Assembly: GCF_006345805.1 (NCBI RefSeq) | Contig: NC_043009.1 | Span: 42,594,001-42,658,000, forward strand | Source of the DNA: Octopus sinensis | Taxonomy: Eukaryota | Length of the DNA: 64,000 bases | Direction of reading: 5' to 3' | In this document: positions 13,062 through 26,264 of the stretch, piece by piece | Numbering within the stretch: position 1 is the stretch's first letter | Layout: every line of letters begins with the position of its first letter | Notes under the pieces: generated by a model | What the model was told of the DNA's origin: nothing | Seen by the model: only the letters and a program-made list of their open reading frames with translations | The model's database searches: none | Made by a program: the position numbers and the translations under genes

Positions 13062-13489
13062 ACCATTGGTGAGCTTTGTTATATGATAACAAGCGATTAC
13101 ATCATACAGAAACCAGAATCAGCAAAAAGATGAACCTTCCTGATAAAAAAAGACAAACGAAGGATTTCTCTCAAAAACAGAGTCGTGAAACTCTGAACAA
13201 AAAGATGCTGGAATGCTATCAGCAATAATAATAATAATAATAATAATAATATATAACTACTGCTGCTATAAACACGGAGGCATACATGCACACAGACACG
13301 TACAGGTACACATATAAACATATGCAGACACACACACACACACATATTTTTTTGCTGGTGTCGGATTCTAAATATTAAAACATTTCCAGATAAATTTACT
13401 GCTTAATTAAAGCTTTATTTGTGGTGGACTCAGCCATTCTTGGAAGTATATATACCTGTTAGCTGCGGTATCTCTGGAGTATATTTACG

Positions 13490-13860
13490 GCATATAGTGT
13501 TTGCAAAATTTTAAAGTCTTGTATATGTAGATCGTAGTTTCCGAGGATTGTTTCTCTAGAAATGAGAATCTGCATACTTTCGTCTGTACATTTGATGCAG
13601 AATTTATTGTTACGTGACTACGAGTGTGCCCAAAGTGGTATGTTTCATCGTAGGTTTATGGAATTCCCTGGTTTCTAGGCTCCAAATGTAACTTGATAAC
13701 GCCGTTTCTTAGCTTCTACATGAGTTGGTACAAACGTAGCTTGAAAGTAGAAAAGGTCAGCTCTCTATAAGCTTACGGTGATTATTAGTTTAGCACGGAG
13801 CTTTTTAAAGTTATACTTTTTTATACAGTTAGAGTTAAATGAAAATATATTCGAGTTGTG
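13490..13860 (-). pseudogene. Degenerate Penelope-like GIY-YIG C-terminal remnant
   Basis: Minus-strand FKLRLYQ, SSYIWSLE and FCIKCTDESMQIL resemble PLE motifs FKxRxxxH, LSxxIWxLK and CxLCxxEKxxI. Confidence 0.5.
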
Positions 13861-13961
13861 GCAGTTGTAGTTTTTTTTTTTTTTGTAGGTGCTTGTGTGT
13901 CGAATTGATTCAACTTAGAGTGCCTGACGAAAATAAGAGGAGTACGAAGTAATATTGTTTA

Positions 13962-14179
13962 CAAAGGGGTGCTGGAAAGTTTCTGGCTCTAAGGGTATCA
14001 AGAAAGGCCTCACAGCAGGCCCAATCTTCCGAGTCCTTATAACAGGGTTTAGAAAAACAGAAGGACCCCTGCAATGAGTGTGTGAATCTAAGAGAAGAAT
14101 ATTTTAAATAAAATCATAACTAACTGATCCTCCTGTATTTTCTTATACCCAAAGCCAGGAACCCTTCGGAACCCTCTCG
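13962..14179 (+). mobile_element. Old mariner-derived MITE
   Basis: Degenerate TIRs aggggtgctggaaagtttctggct / agccaggaacccttcggaaccctctcg; internal remnant tgcaatgagtgtgtgaatctaagagaagaatat resembles the mariner C-terminal KCVxxxGxY. Confidence 0.6.
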
Positions 14180-14916
14180 AATATAATCTACAAACACACT
14201 TTGCTACTTATCAATTTATTTTCTGGTCTTGTGATTGAATGCACAGGTATTTTGTTTCGTAACTTCCAAACATAGTCTTACCTCATCGTTTTACTGACTC
14301 ACTTCAAATATAAATCGATACAGTAAGTGCTGACTCTGCATATAACTCATTAAAATTATAATTTTTTTACACCGAAATAAAACCCCTTCGTCAATTGTAT
14401 ACGCTATTCACCACGACCTAACTGAAGCCAAATATTTGTAATTACATTTGTGATAATTGTTGCTCCTGTTTTTGTCGTTGTTGTTGTGGCTATGTCTATA
14501 CTTGTAGCTATTGTTACAGCTTTCAGACGTGTTTATGCTACCAGAGCTTACGAAAGAATAGAATATTGCACCAGGTTTTTATTGAAATAAAAAAAGTACC
14601 TTAAAGATATAACGAAAATAGTTTTTTTCTTTCTTTACTCAATTCAGTCTTTATGGTTCGTCACAGTTTCAAGGAATTGGTATCTTTCTCTAGTTCCATT
14701 TCCTTTTTTTATTTTCTGTATTTCAATTTCTTCTTTAAATGTCTCTTCATTGTTATCGCTGTAGACTTTCTAATTTACTTACTTTCAACTGATTTCCAAA
14801 AGAATTAACGTGACAAAATAGCATTTTTTCTCATGCTAAATAGAAAAAAGAAAATTAACGAAAAATACTTGAAAATTTTTAAATCAGTGATGCGCGTGTG
14901 TATTTATTTATATATA

Positions 14917-14996
<80 letters not shown>

Positions 14997-15009
14997 TATA
15001 TATATATAC

Positions 15010-15059
<50 letters not shown>

Positions 15060-15156
15060 ATACATTTAATACATACATACATACAGACAGATATATTCGT
15101 GCATACATACTTACATACACACGTGTATACATATTAAATATATATGTACATGTCTG

Positions 15157-15213
<57 letters not shown>

Positions 15214-15788
15214 TAGACACGCACGTATGTATATGCGTGAAATATATTTGAATGCAATGATGATGAGGACGACGACGACGATGATGATGATGATGATGAT
15301 GGTAGTAGTAAAGAATGAATGAACGACTATCAATATTGTTTTGGAAGATCTGTTGTTTGCACTTGATAAAATACTAAGTCAAGTGCAATGTCTTCTCGGA
15401 CGAGATTTTAACAAGGAACTGTAACTTTCTTTTATTGTTAATTCGTTAACTTTCTTTTTAATCTTAAAGCCTTTGTATTTCTTGGAATATTGCACGGTAC
15501 GATTTGCTACGTAGGTCTTCATTGTTCCTTTATATCCCTTCATCCTTTTTTTTCTTGCATTGCACATATCAATGTATATGTCGGTGTACATGTGCGTATA
15601 TATATAATATATAATGTGTGTGCGTGTGTTTTATACGTATTTATACACGTATGTGCATATGTATGCATACTGAATTAACTGAAGTATTTAAACAAAAGAT
15701 TTTTTTCTTTTATGATATGAAAACTTATATTTGAAAGAGTTTGTAAATTAAGTGTAGGTAGTATATATATATATATATATATATATAT

Positions 15789-15819
<31 letters not shown>

Positions 15820-15824
15820 ATATG

Positions 15825-15857
<33 letters not shown>

Positions 15858-16021
15858 ATATATATATGTGTATATATATATATATGTATATGTATATATA
15901 TATGTATATATATATATGTATATATATGTATGTCTATATGTATATATATATATATAATATATATATGTATATATATGTATGTATATATGTATATATATAT
16001 ATATAATATATATATATATAA

Positions 16022-16066
<45 letters not shown>

Positions 16067-16199
16067 TAGATAGATATAGATATAGATATAGATATAGATA
16101 TAGATATAGATATACTTGCACATATGCAAACGTAAACAAGAATGCGTACATAAAATTATATCCGAGTTATATATGCAGATGACGATAAGAACAAAATTT

Positions 16200-17600
16200 T
16201 GTCACTTGTAATGCTGAGTGAAAACAATATCAATCACATCTTTTAATCGTTACCAGTTTTCCAGCAACCCTCTGAGCAGTTGTTGTCGAATTTACATACA
16301 ATTCTCTTTGCGAATATTGCTCGGGATCAAACAACGTTTTTATCCGATTATTGACACCGAAATTTACTGATGACCACTGCAAACACCACTCAGGTGGGAG
16401 TCGTCATCGCGTAAGGGGGAATAGCAGCTAGATGTCATGTTTCTTTTTAATTCTCTGTACAATAACATGTTTTCTATAATGTTCATCTTATATAACACTG
16501 TGACCTGCAATCATACGTTCATACCATGAGGTTATTTGAAATTTTTGGGGGGATGATTGTCTATCATATTTATTCAAATTCTGCAATAGTATATGAAAAC
16601 ATTTCTTTTTCACGCTCGGAAGAATGTAGCAGAGACATTCCATAAAAGCTACGTGTGTTTAGGAACACCATTCGATAATTCTACAGATGTTCAGGTTCAT
16701 CATATTAGGACTCATTCCTTTTGTGGTTGTTTCATCAAATATATCGATAATTTTCGATAATATATCGATAATTTTCACATTTATAGAATTAGCAACCACA
16801 TTGGTAGAGATAGAAGATTACTTGGTCTATGGAATTCGCAGTATAAAATGGACTGCCAAACACTTGATTTATCCTTTTCCGTTTATTTGGCACAGCATGA
16901 ATATCATGGCACAACTCGTTAATTATCTGTAAACCCATTCATTGAATGCTGTATACTAGGTCAGGTCATAACCGTGATAAATGCCTGAAGATATAAGCGC
17001 TCACTTTTTTTTTATATTTTATCTCTGCAATTGCACTTTGTTTTTGCCAGGCGAATGTTGCAGGAACCATGAAACGAAGTCTTTAAAATGGTTTCTGCTA
17101 ATTTTGTTGAAACTCCTCAGAAAAAAGACATTGAAATTATATGTCTGAAGTTTATATTCTTGTTCCAGGATTATCAGCAAATATGCATGTTGAACAACTC
17201 AACTCCCTTCAAGAATTCGATTAAATAAACCATGACGTTGACGTTACCAAGCACAATGTTCTTTATATAGTCTCTGGATAACTTCTTCCGTTTCAAATTT
17301 ATTATCCTCTTACATGTCCTGTGGGTATCAAAGCGCCTCAAATTCAAGAGTATCAAATCAATTTGGATCACAGGTAAATTTCATGAACGGATTTGTTTTT
17401 CCAGAGCAATGGAGGTCGCTCACCATCGCTAAAGTATTTTGTTGATCTCCAGCTGAGAAGATAAATGGAAGCACAAGAGACATAGCTGCCGGTGAAGTCA
17501 TTTGGGGTGACACCTTCTAACTCACTGGAACCGTCATCCTTCAACGTATAAATACCTTTCAAGAAAATACACGTCATTGATTGGTTGAAATCACCGAAAT
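16200..17600 (-). pseudogene. Possible very degenerate Sola-like DDD transposase remnant
   Basis: Minus-strand pieces CIFADNPG..KN and RLRFMVP.HS occur in the order of Sola DN..GQNKN and F..PGH motifs. Boundaries are uncertain. Confidence 0.3.
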
Positions 17601-17924
17601 ACGACTACTTTAACGTGAAATAACTTCCTAAATATAATCTTTTCTCAAAAAACGCTAAGAGTAAAAAATGTTTTATATGACACATTCTACCAGTGTCCGA
17701 AGTTTGAAAGTGTTTAGTTACAAAAATTTTTTTTTTATATCTGTCGGTCAAAACGTAAAGATGCTTAATTTCTTCTCTTCCGACTATAGCAGCTCCCATT
17801 TCAGAATCAACGGTTCCTTCGTAATTACCAACGACCAAATACAAAATTTCCCACATAGAGTGGTAAGTGAGATGATATGTGGTACGTTATTAATTAATAC
17901 ATGTTTAGTCCACATTACTCCGTA

Positions 17925-18146
17925 AGGAGCACAGGTTTCCCGGTATATTTAGTCTGTATATTCCTCCCTGGATGGGAGACCGGCCAGTTGCAAGATTACT
18001 AATTTTTACCAGCTGAATAGACTGGAGCAACGTAAAGTGAGAAGTTTTGGTCAAGAAAGCAACGCATCGCTCGGTCTAGGAATCGAAACCACAATCTTAT
18101 GATCATGAGTACGACACCCTAACCACTAAGCCATGTGCCTCCACAA
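17925..18146 (-). mobile_element. tRNA-derived SINE, family C variant
   Basis: Minus-strand head tgtggaggcacatggcttagtggttaggg...gtttcgattcct. Confidence 0.7.
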
Positions 18147-18207
18147 TTAATAATATGGCTAAGGAAAAATACGCCAGCGGAAAACTTCTACATTTTAAAT
18201 TCACATA

Positions 18208-18613
18208 GGCACAGGAGTGGTTGTGTGGTAAGTAGCTTGCTTACCAACCACATGGTTCTGGGTTCAGTCCCATTGCGTGGCACCTTGGATAAGTGTCTTC
18301 TACTATAGCCTCGGGTCGACCAAAGCCTTGTGAGTGGATTTGGTAGACGGAAACTGAAAGAAGCCCGTCGTATATATGTATATATATGCATGCGTGTGTA
18401 TATGTTTGTGTGTCTGTTTGTCCTCCACAGCATCGCTTGACAACCGATACTGGTGTGTTTACGTCTCCGTAACTTAGCGGCTCGGCAAAAGCGACCGATA
18501 GAATAAGTTCTAGACTTACAAAGAATAAGTCCTGGGGTCGATTTGCTCGTCTAAAGGTGGTGCTCCAGCATGGCCGCAGTCAAATGACCGAAACAAGGAA
18601 AAGAGTAAAGAGT
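18208..18613 (+). mobile_element. tRNA-derived CORE-like SINE, family A (full length, internal TA/TG microsatellite)
   Basis: A box tggttgtgtggta, B box ggttcagtccc, accttggRYaagtgtctt core-like motif and (aagagta)n tail; more than 12 related copies in the window. Confidence 0.85.
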
Positions 18614-18877
18614 ATATTTCAGACTCTCACATAAGTAATCTTCTGTCGGATTATTCAATCAATTAGTTGGAAAACTCTCCCTCGAGATATATTTAAAACA
18701 AAAATAACTCCAGTATGATCATTTAATATAATTTCTGGATATATTAACAATAGAAATAGCAGTGGATTTACCCCTTAAAGCTAACTGGCGAAAATAAAGT
18801 ATATACTTCGGTCTTATTAACTCCCCGTAGCGAAGTATATTATATTCAATTGGCAATATTTATATGTATACGTGAGA

Positions 18878-18911
<34 letters not shown>

Positions 18912-19502
18912 ATGTATGTATGTATGTATGTATGTATGTATGTATGTATGTATGTATGTATGATCAATTGTTTTTGTCCCATTTTGTCTCAAAGTCATTC
19001 CTGTTTTTATTCGTTACTGTTTCCAATTTTATCTTCGTCTCTGTTGTCACATTCTTTCCTTCTACCAAGGAAATCTAATGCCCATAGCTTAGCTTTTCCT
19101 TAGGGCTGGCCGTTTTGGAGCAAATCTCAGAATTAAACAGCCGAAATTTGCCATGATGAATCGGTTTCTGACTGAAGAATGAAGGCTCTGAATGACTGTC
19201 TGTTTTCCGTGTTCGTCAATTCGTGAATTTCACGTTCTTTATATATAAAGTTTTATGTATGTATGTATGTATGTATGTATGTATGTATGTATGTATGTAT
19301 GTATGTATGTATGTATGTATGTATGTATGTGTGCATGTATGTATTTCAATTTGTATGTGTGTGTGTAATGACGTTCATTATATGTATATCAACAATATGG
19401 GTAATAAAAAGCGCATTTCTGTATTGTCGGAAAAAAATTAGAAAAAAGTTATCTTGCTTGTTCTTATTAGATTTTAAACAACGCTAGAGGAAGGTTTTAA
19501 TT

Positions 19503-19889
19503 CTTTTATTCTCTTATTTGTTTCAGTCATTTGACTACGGCCATGCTGGAGCACCGCCTTTAGTCGAGCAAATCTACCCCAGGACTAATTCTGTGTAAGC
19601 CTAGTACTTATTCTATCGGTCGCATTTTGCCGAACCGCTAGTTGACGGGGACATAAACACACAAGCATCGGTTGTCAAGCGATGTTGGGGGCACAAACAC
19701 AGACACACAAATATATACATACATTTATATATACGATGGGCTTCTTTCAGTTTCTGCCTACCAAATTCACTCACAAGGCTTTGGTCGGCCCGAGGCTAGA
19801 GTAGAAGACACTTGCCCAAGTTGTCACGCAGTGGGACTGAACCCAGAACCATGTGGTTGGTAAGCAAGCTACTTACCACACAGTCACTC
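19503..19889 (-). mobile_element. SINE family A
   Basis: Reverse-complement match to 18208-18613. Confidence 0.85.
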
Positions 19890-19899
19890 ATATTTACTA

Positions 19900-20287
19900 A
19901 TTCTTTACTACTCTAGGCACAAGGTCCGAAAGTTTGGGGAAGGGAGCCAGTCGATTACATTGATCCTAGTAAGCAACAGGTACTTAATTTATTGACCCCG
20001 AATAGATGAAAGGCAAAGTCGATCTCGGCGGAATTTAAACTCAGAATGTAGCGGCAGACGAAATACCTATTTCTTTACTACCCACAAGGAGCTAAACACA
20101 GAGAGGACAAACAAACGGATTAAGTCGATTACATCGACTCCAGTGCGTAACTGGTATTTATTTAATCGACCCCGAAAGGATGAAAGGCAAAGTCGACCTC
20201 GGCGGAATTTGAACTCAGAACGTAGTGGCAGACGAAATACTGCTAAGCATTTCGCCCGGCGTACTAACATTTCTGCCAGCTCGCCGC
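19900..20287 (-). mobile_element. SINE family B dimer (T2-tail copy joined into a T1-tail copy)
   Basis: Head gcggcgagctggcag, B box gagttcaaattcc and body cctttcatcctttcggggtcgat; junction at 20067/20068. Confidence 0.85.
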
Positions 20288-20378
20288 TTGGGGTTTGTTT
20301 ACTAATTGCTGAGATAAACATGTATATGTTTGATGTAAATTTAGGATAGCGAGTCTGTTTGTTCAAAGGCAGAAAATA

Positions 20379-20944
20379 TTGGGTTGTCCGGAAAGTTCGT
20401 ACCGAGTTTTAAAGGAAAGAAAAAGGTCAATAAATACTTGCCATTACATTTTTAATCAACCAAATATGAACCATTTTGTTGCACAATGCGTCTCCATCTT
20501 TCCTTTAACTTGAAAATACCCTCTTCCCAGAATTGAGGCGGTTTCATGGTAAAGAATTCATCAAGGTATCGTTTTACGTCATCCAAGGAATTGAAATTTT
20601 TACCATTAAGACTATTCTGCAGAGACCTGAATAAGTGGAAATCCGAAGGAGCAATATCTGGTGAATATGGAGGGTGGGGTAAGACATCCCAGCCAAGCTG
20701 CAGCAATTTTTGTCTGGTTCCCAAAGCATTAAGTGCCGAAAATGAACTTTCTTATCTTCCATTTTAAAGGGTAACAGAATTAACACAGGTTATAGGAACA
20801 TAAACCTTCTTCCATGAAAAGACAGCTTAAACTGGGCTCTAAATGGAGGTGTTGTCAAATCCTATTTTATGGACTCAATTATGTTGTAAAATAAGTCGAA
20901 AGGTAAGCTACTATAAATCGGCACGAACTTTCCGGGCAACCCAA
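20379..20944 (-). mobile_element. Internally deleted mariner (non-autonomous)
   Basis: TIRs ttgggttgYccggaaagttcgt with TA TSDs; N-terminal MEDKKVHFRHLMLWE is fused to C-terminal LPHPPYSPDIAPSDFHLF...NGSYLVD. Confidence 0.95.
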
Positions 20945-21299
20945 TAGTTCAGTTGATAAACGTCAATATACAGTACTTTGAACCTCCTTGAGTATTGGCC
21001 ATCTTAGTTTTAGGTCAAATCCTGAGCATAATTTTCATTTATTGAGATGAAACTTAAAGCTGTATTCTAGCTTTGAATACGCTTTAGCTTCGAATATATT
21101 TGATTTGAACTAAATTCAATAAAGTTGGAATTCCAGTAATTTGAAGTTGTCTTAAATTTTCCATTTGCACAACAAATTTGATACTTTAGAGACATTTTTA
21201 TGCATTCCTACCAAATGGATATGTTTGTTACTCAGAATAAATTACATTCATATGACATACATGATACCTGTACTCTTGCAGAACTTTATCTTCGGAATA

Positions 21300-21560
21300 T
21301 CTCTTGTGTTTCTACTGATTCCTCGTCATCATCATGAAAGCTTAAACAGTGATGGTCTTAGTCTTATTTCATCTACACACGTGACCTTGTTCTGTGGAAT
21401 TTCTTCTGATTGTGCTATTGAAATTCAATTAGAAAGTCTTCCGGCAATTCGTGTAATAGCGTCTTCATTAGTACACAGCATTGGCTCCAATATGCATGCA
21501 TTGTAGAATGGTAGTATTTGTACATGACCAAGTCTTGAAAAACTCTGAATGAAATGGTTT
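21300..21560 (-). pseudogene. Possible Penelope-like GIY-YIG remnant
   Basis: Minus-strand CMHIG, NSTIRRNSTEQGH and IRLRPSL resemble YIG, SAI..H....H and I...KPSLN. Confidence 0.3.
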
Positions 21561-21656
21561 TTACTAATTAGCATTGTCTTCATCCCGTGTTCAAATATTT
21601 CTGAAGTCCTCTCTCTTTATGGTCGATAGAATTACGGTCAATATTTTATTTCAGTT

Positions 21657-22860
21657 AAAGGCGGCGAGCTGGCAGAAACGTTAGCACGTCAGGCGAAATG
21701 CTTAGCGGTATTTCGTCTGCCGTTACGTTCTGAGTTCAAATTCCGCCGAGGTCGACTTTGCCTTTCATCCTTTCGGGGTCGATAAATTAAGTACCAGTTA
21801 CGCACTGGGGTCGATGGAATCGACTTAATACCTATGTCTGTCCTTGTTTGTCCCCTCTGTGTTTAGCCCCTTGTGGGTAATAAAGAAATAGGTATTTCGT
21901 CTGCCGTTACGTTCAGAGTTCAAATTCCGCCGAGGTCGACTTTGCCTTTCATCCTTTCGGGGTCGATAAATTAAGTACCAGTTACGCACTGGGGTCGATG
22001 TAATCGACTTAATACCTATGCCTGTCCTTGTTTGTACCCTCTGTGTTTAGCCCCTTATAGGTAATAAAGAAATAGGTATTTCGTCTGCCGTTACATTCTG
22101 AGCTCAAATTCCGCCGAGGTCGACTTTGCCTTTCATCCTTTCGGGGTCGATAAATTAAGTACCAGTTACGCACTGGAGTCGATATAATCGACTTAATTTC
22201 TTTGTCTGTCATTGTTTGTCCCCTCTGTGTGTAGCCCCTTGTGGGCAGTAAAGAAATAAGAAACGTTAGCACGCCGGGCGAAATGCTTAGCAGTATTTCG
22301 TCTGCCGTTACGTTCTGAGTTCAAATTCCGCCGAGGTCGACTTTGCCTTTCATCCTTTCGGGGTCGATAAATTAAGTACCAGTTACGCACTGAGGTCGAT
22401 ATAATCGACTTAATTTCTTTGTCTGTCATTGTTTGTCCCCTCTGTGTGTAGCCCCTTGTGGGCAGTAAAGAAATAAGAAACGTTAGCACGCCGGGCGAAA
22501 TGCTTAGCAGTATTTCGTCTGCCGTTACGTTCTGAGTTCAAATTCCGCCGAGGTCGACTTTGCCTTTCATCCTTTCGGGGTCGATAAATTAAGTACCAGT
22601 TACGCACTGGGATCGATATAATCGACTTGTTTCCTTTGCCTGCCCTTGTTTGTCCTCTCTATGTTTAGCCCCTTGTGAGCAATAAAGAAATAAGAATAGT
22701 CAGCTCGCCGGACAAAATACTTAGCATCATTTCGTCCGACTTCACGTTTTGACTTCAAATTCCGCAGAGGTCGGCTTCCATCCTTTCGGGGTCGGTAAAA
22801 TAAGTACCAGTTGTGTACTGGGGTTGATGTAATCGACTCGTTCCTTCCCCCAAAATGGCT
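21657..22860 (+). repeat. Head-to-tail array of six SINE family B units
   Basis: Junctions at 21890/1, 22074/5, 22258/9, 22475/6 and 22692/3; internal periods 184, 184, 217 and 217 bp. Confidence 0.92.
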
Positions 22861-24187
22861 GTCTGTGTGGAAAAGTGATTGGCTGAGGAGTATACAGTGG
22901 CAGAAACGGTTAGGCATTGGAATAAATGTTTTATAGCATTGAATTTCGTATTTATTTATTCCGAGTTCAAATCATGCCAGCGTTAATTTCATCTTTCATG
23001 AGTCTGAAGACGTGAAATAAGCTCTTTGAAAGTTTACTTTGAAATTAATTCGTGAAATCCTGATTAAGATGCAGGATATAATGTTTTTTGCTTGTAGTTC
23101 TATACCCGCTTTTTTTTTTTTTTTAGATAGCGTATAATTTGAAGGGAATCTAGCTGTGTTTTTTTTCTATAAATTGGAATGTCAACGTAGAAGCAGGACC
23201 GGCTAAACGTACCGACAAGCTTGGCTATCTCCCAGGGTGCAGCCTGTCTGGGAGCACCATCTGATGCATTTGGGTTCTTTGAAATTTCAATGGGAAAGAT
23301 ATTAGAATAATAAAAACAAGTATTTTATTCCCATATTTAATTAATTGTAATTAACGCGTTAATCTTATATATAAGAAGCTTTCAATTCTTGTAAAAAAAT
23401 ATATATTATATTAGTAATGGCGCAAAAGTTCGGTTTGTTCGAGGCATCAGCTCTTTTACAGCCTCCACTACGTAAAGGTTCCTTCAAATGCAATATATTT
23501 TTTCTTGACCCCTAGGACTTTTCAGTCTGGTCACTCGGTTTTCGTGGTAATTGAACAACATCACACCATGCTCCAGAACGGGACAGCTCTGTCTGTTCAT
23601 GATTCAAGGCCAGCGATTTTTTTGAGAAAGAGACACGTCGATTTCACTGACCTCTGTACTTTGCTGGTACTTTATTTTATCCGTCCCCGAAGGCATGAAG
23701 GGCAATGTTAACGTCTGTGGGATTTGAACACAGATCATATAGAATCGGAAGAAATGCCTCTAAGTATTTTGTCTGATGTGCTAACAATTCAGCCATCTCA
23801 CTGCCGTATTTGTGCGTAGAGTGCACATAAAGTAAAAGTCTGTTATGTGGAAGAATCGGTAAAGAACTGAATGAAATTCTTTATATGGTCCCTTTTGAAA
23901 AGTGTTTTTATATTCTAAGTTTATATTCTTATCGAGGTCAAATTTACTTTCCATTGTTCTGTGAATCGTTAAAATAAAATACCATATCTGATTCGTATCA
24001 AACCTTCCCTTTCCTTCAAATATGTGTCCTTGTGCCGTTAATAAAAATTCTTCAATGACATCCAAGTTGTTATTGTGATAGTGGGTTTTCTTTTGTTTCC
24101 ATTGTTTTCTGCTGTTTCTTAAATTTGTAACTGTCATTGTCTTTCTCAACGGTCTTTATTGACATCGATCACAATGTACTTGTTGTT

Positions 24188-24218
<31 letters not shown>

Positions 24219-24780
24219 CTGTTACAGCAGTTGTCGCAGTCTAATTATAAATTCATTCTAATTCATTTATTAATGACTGAAAGCTTTATTTCTCTGACAA
24301 ACATTTGTTTATAATGTTTATTACAAATTCAAATTAGGTTTCCACCAAGCCAAAATAAGCCAGCAAAAGCCTCGCTGGAGACATCTTAATTCCAGCAATA
24401 ATGGAACTGGATTATCATTTATTAAACAATATTTGATATTATCGAAATGTACTCTTTCATACATTTTTTTCTTTTCTTTCCTTTCGTTTTTATTATATTT
24501 TTTTGGTGAGAGTTTTATATTTAATTTTTATATTTTAACTTTTTTTATTTATATTCCATTTTCTTGTATTTCCCGAGACAAAAATCTTGGAAGGATCTAG
24601 CTGAGTTTTCAGTGAGAATTTAATGGATGAACGACTAGCTGCAAAATAGTTGCTTGAAAATGTCAAATAAATGAAACATTGTTATATAAAGTAGTATGCC
24701 GCCAAATGAGCGATCAAATATGACAAACTAGATAGTGTATAGAAGTGCATGTATGTGCGAAGATATATATATATATATAT

Positions 24781-25220
24781 ATGATGATGGCAGTCCCCCA
24801 AGGTCGAGGATGATGGTCTTCGCGCAAATTTACTGGTGAGTCCGCAGGTGACCGATAAGACCAATTCTTGCTCGAAAAGATCGGTCGCAGTGCGGACATC
24901 TAGTGCCAGAAGGGAGAGTCGCACGTGGTTGTTGTTGGCACTCCTTCCGTCGTCGTCTTTTCTCCTCCAGCTCTGCAGACCTTTTCGACTCGAAAGTCGC
25001 CGTTCCCTCATGGATGGTGGTTTTCCAGAGTGAGCAACACCAACCGCTCTACTTGGCCTTTATCGATCTATCCAAAGCCTTTGATCGTGTCTCGCGAGAG
25101 CTCCTCTGGGATATTCTCGCCCAGTATGGTTGCCCAGATAAGTTCATCCAGATCCTCAAACTCCTCCACGACAATATGCACGCCAGATTCCAGACCGACG
25201 GAGGCAGTTTTGAGCCCTTT
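24781..25220 (-). mobile_element. RTE-clade LINE insertion with inverted 5' segment
   Basis: Minus strand 25027-24830 encodes WKTTIHEG...CPHCDRSFRARIGLIGHLRTHQ* (C-terminal C2H2), then a 3' UTR and (CAT)n tail. Plus strand 25032-25220 encodes RT segment EQHQPLYLAFIDLSKAFDRVSRELLW...GCPDKFI. Confidence 0.9.
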
Positions 25221-25501
25221 ATACATATAATATATATATATATATATATATTCGAAACACGCATTGAGTCGAAACAGGGGCAGCTGATGAAGGGGAATAT
25301 TCCTTGTATTCTTTGTCTTGTACTCTGTTTTTTCGTTGTTAAAAAATGTCCGTTTCCTTGTTTGATTTTATGTTTTCGTTTCTCGTTGTGTTCTACGTTT
25401 ATCTGTGGTGTCCTGTACTCATATATGTATGTATATATACATATAGATGTAGGTATGTACATATATGTATGTATGCATATGTTTTATTTATTAATTGTTA
25501 T

Positions 25502-25539
<38 letters not shown>

Positions 25540-25544
<5 letters not shown>

Positions 25545-25563
25545 GCATTTATAGCCATCTTAA

Positions 25564-25641
<78 letters not shown>

Positions 25642-25672
25642 ATAATTATTAAGATGGCTATAAATACTTAAT
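25540..25672. repeat. 31-bp inverted repeat around a (TA)n tract
   Basis: 25540-25570 matches the reverse complement of 25642-25672 with one mismatch. Confidence 0.85.
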
Positions 25673-26213
25673 TTTTCGACCCCGAATGGATAAAGGATAA
25701 ACACGACCTCGGTGGAATTTTAACTCAGAACGTAGCGACGGGCGAAAGACTGCTAAGCATTTCGTCCAGAGTGCTAACGATTCTGCCAGTTCACCGCCTT
25801 TATAATGATAATGATAATAACAAGGATAATTCTTTCTATTATAAGCACAAGGCCTGAAATTTTTGTGGAGGAGGGATAGTCAATTACATCGACCCCAGTG
25901 TGTAACTGGTACTTATTTTATCGACCCCGAAAGGATAAAAGGCAAAGTTGACTTCAGAAGAGTTTGAACTCAGAACATAAAGATGGACGAAACGCCGCTA
26001 CATATCCTGCTAGCACGCCGCCTTACGGTAGGAACAATTATAATCATTAAAAAAAAATTCTTTCTTCTATAGAAAAATACCTGGGATTTGTGGGGAGGTG
26101 TATCGTGGGTTACATCGACCCCGGTGGAAATTGAGCTCAGATGGTAAAAACACACGAATTGCCGCTAAGTATTTTGACCAACATGCTAACAATTCTGCCA
26201 GCTAGACGCCTTA

Positions 26214-26264
<51 letters not shown>

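Noticed and set aside
14900-16080. Regular single-base phase shifts within (TA)n tracts
   Set aside because: They cannot be distinguished from consensus indel errors without raw reads.
21657-22860. CRISPR array or retrozyme array
   Set aside because: The units are whole SINE copies without unique spacers, and I found no hammerhead core in the unit on either strand.
23194-23470. hAT MITE starting caggaccggc
   Set aside because: No convincing matching right TIR or 8-bp TSD was found.
25251-25300. Hammerhead ribozyme (cgaaacacgcatt...cagctgatga)
   Set aside because: Core words are present but stems I and II cannot be formed; at best a truncated, decayed PLE terminus.
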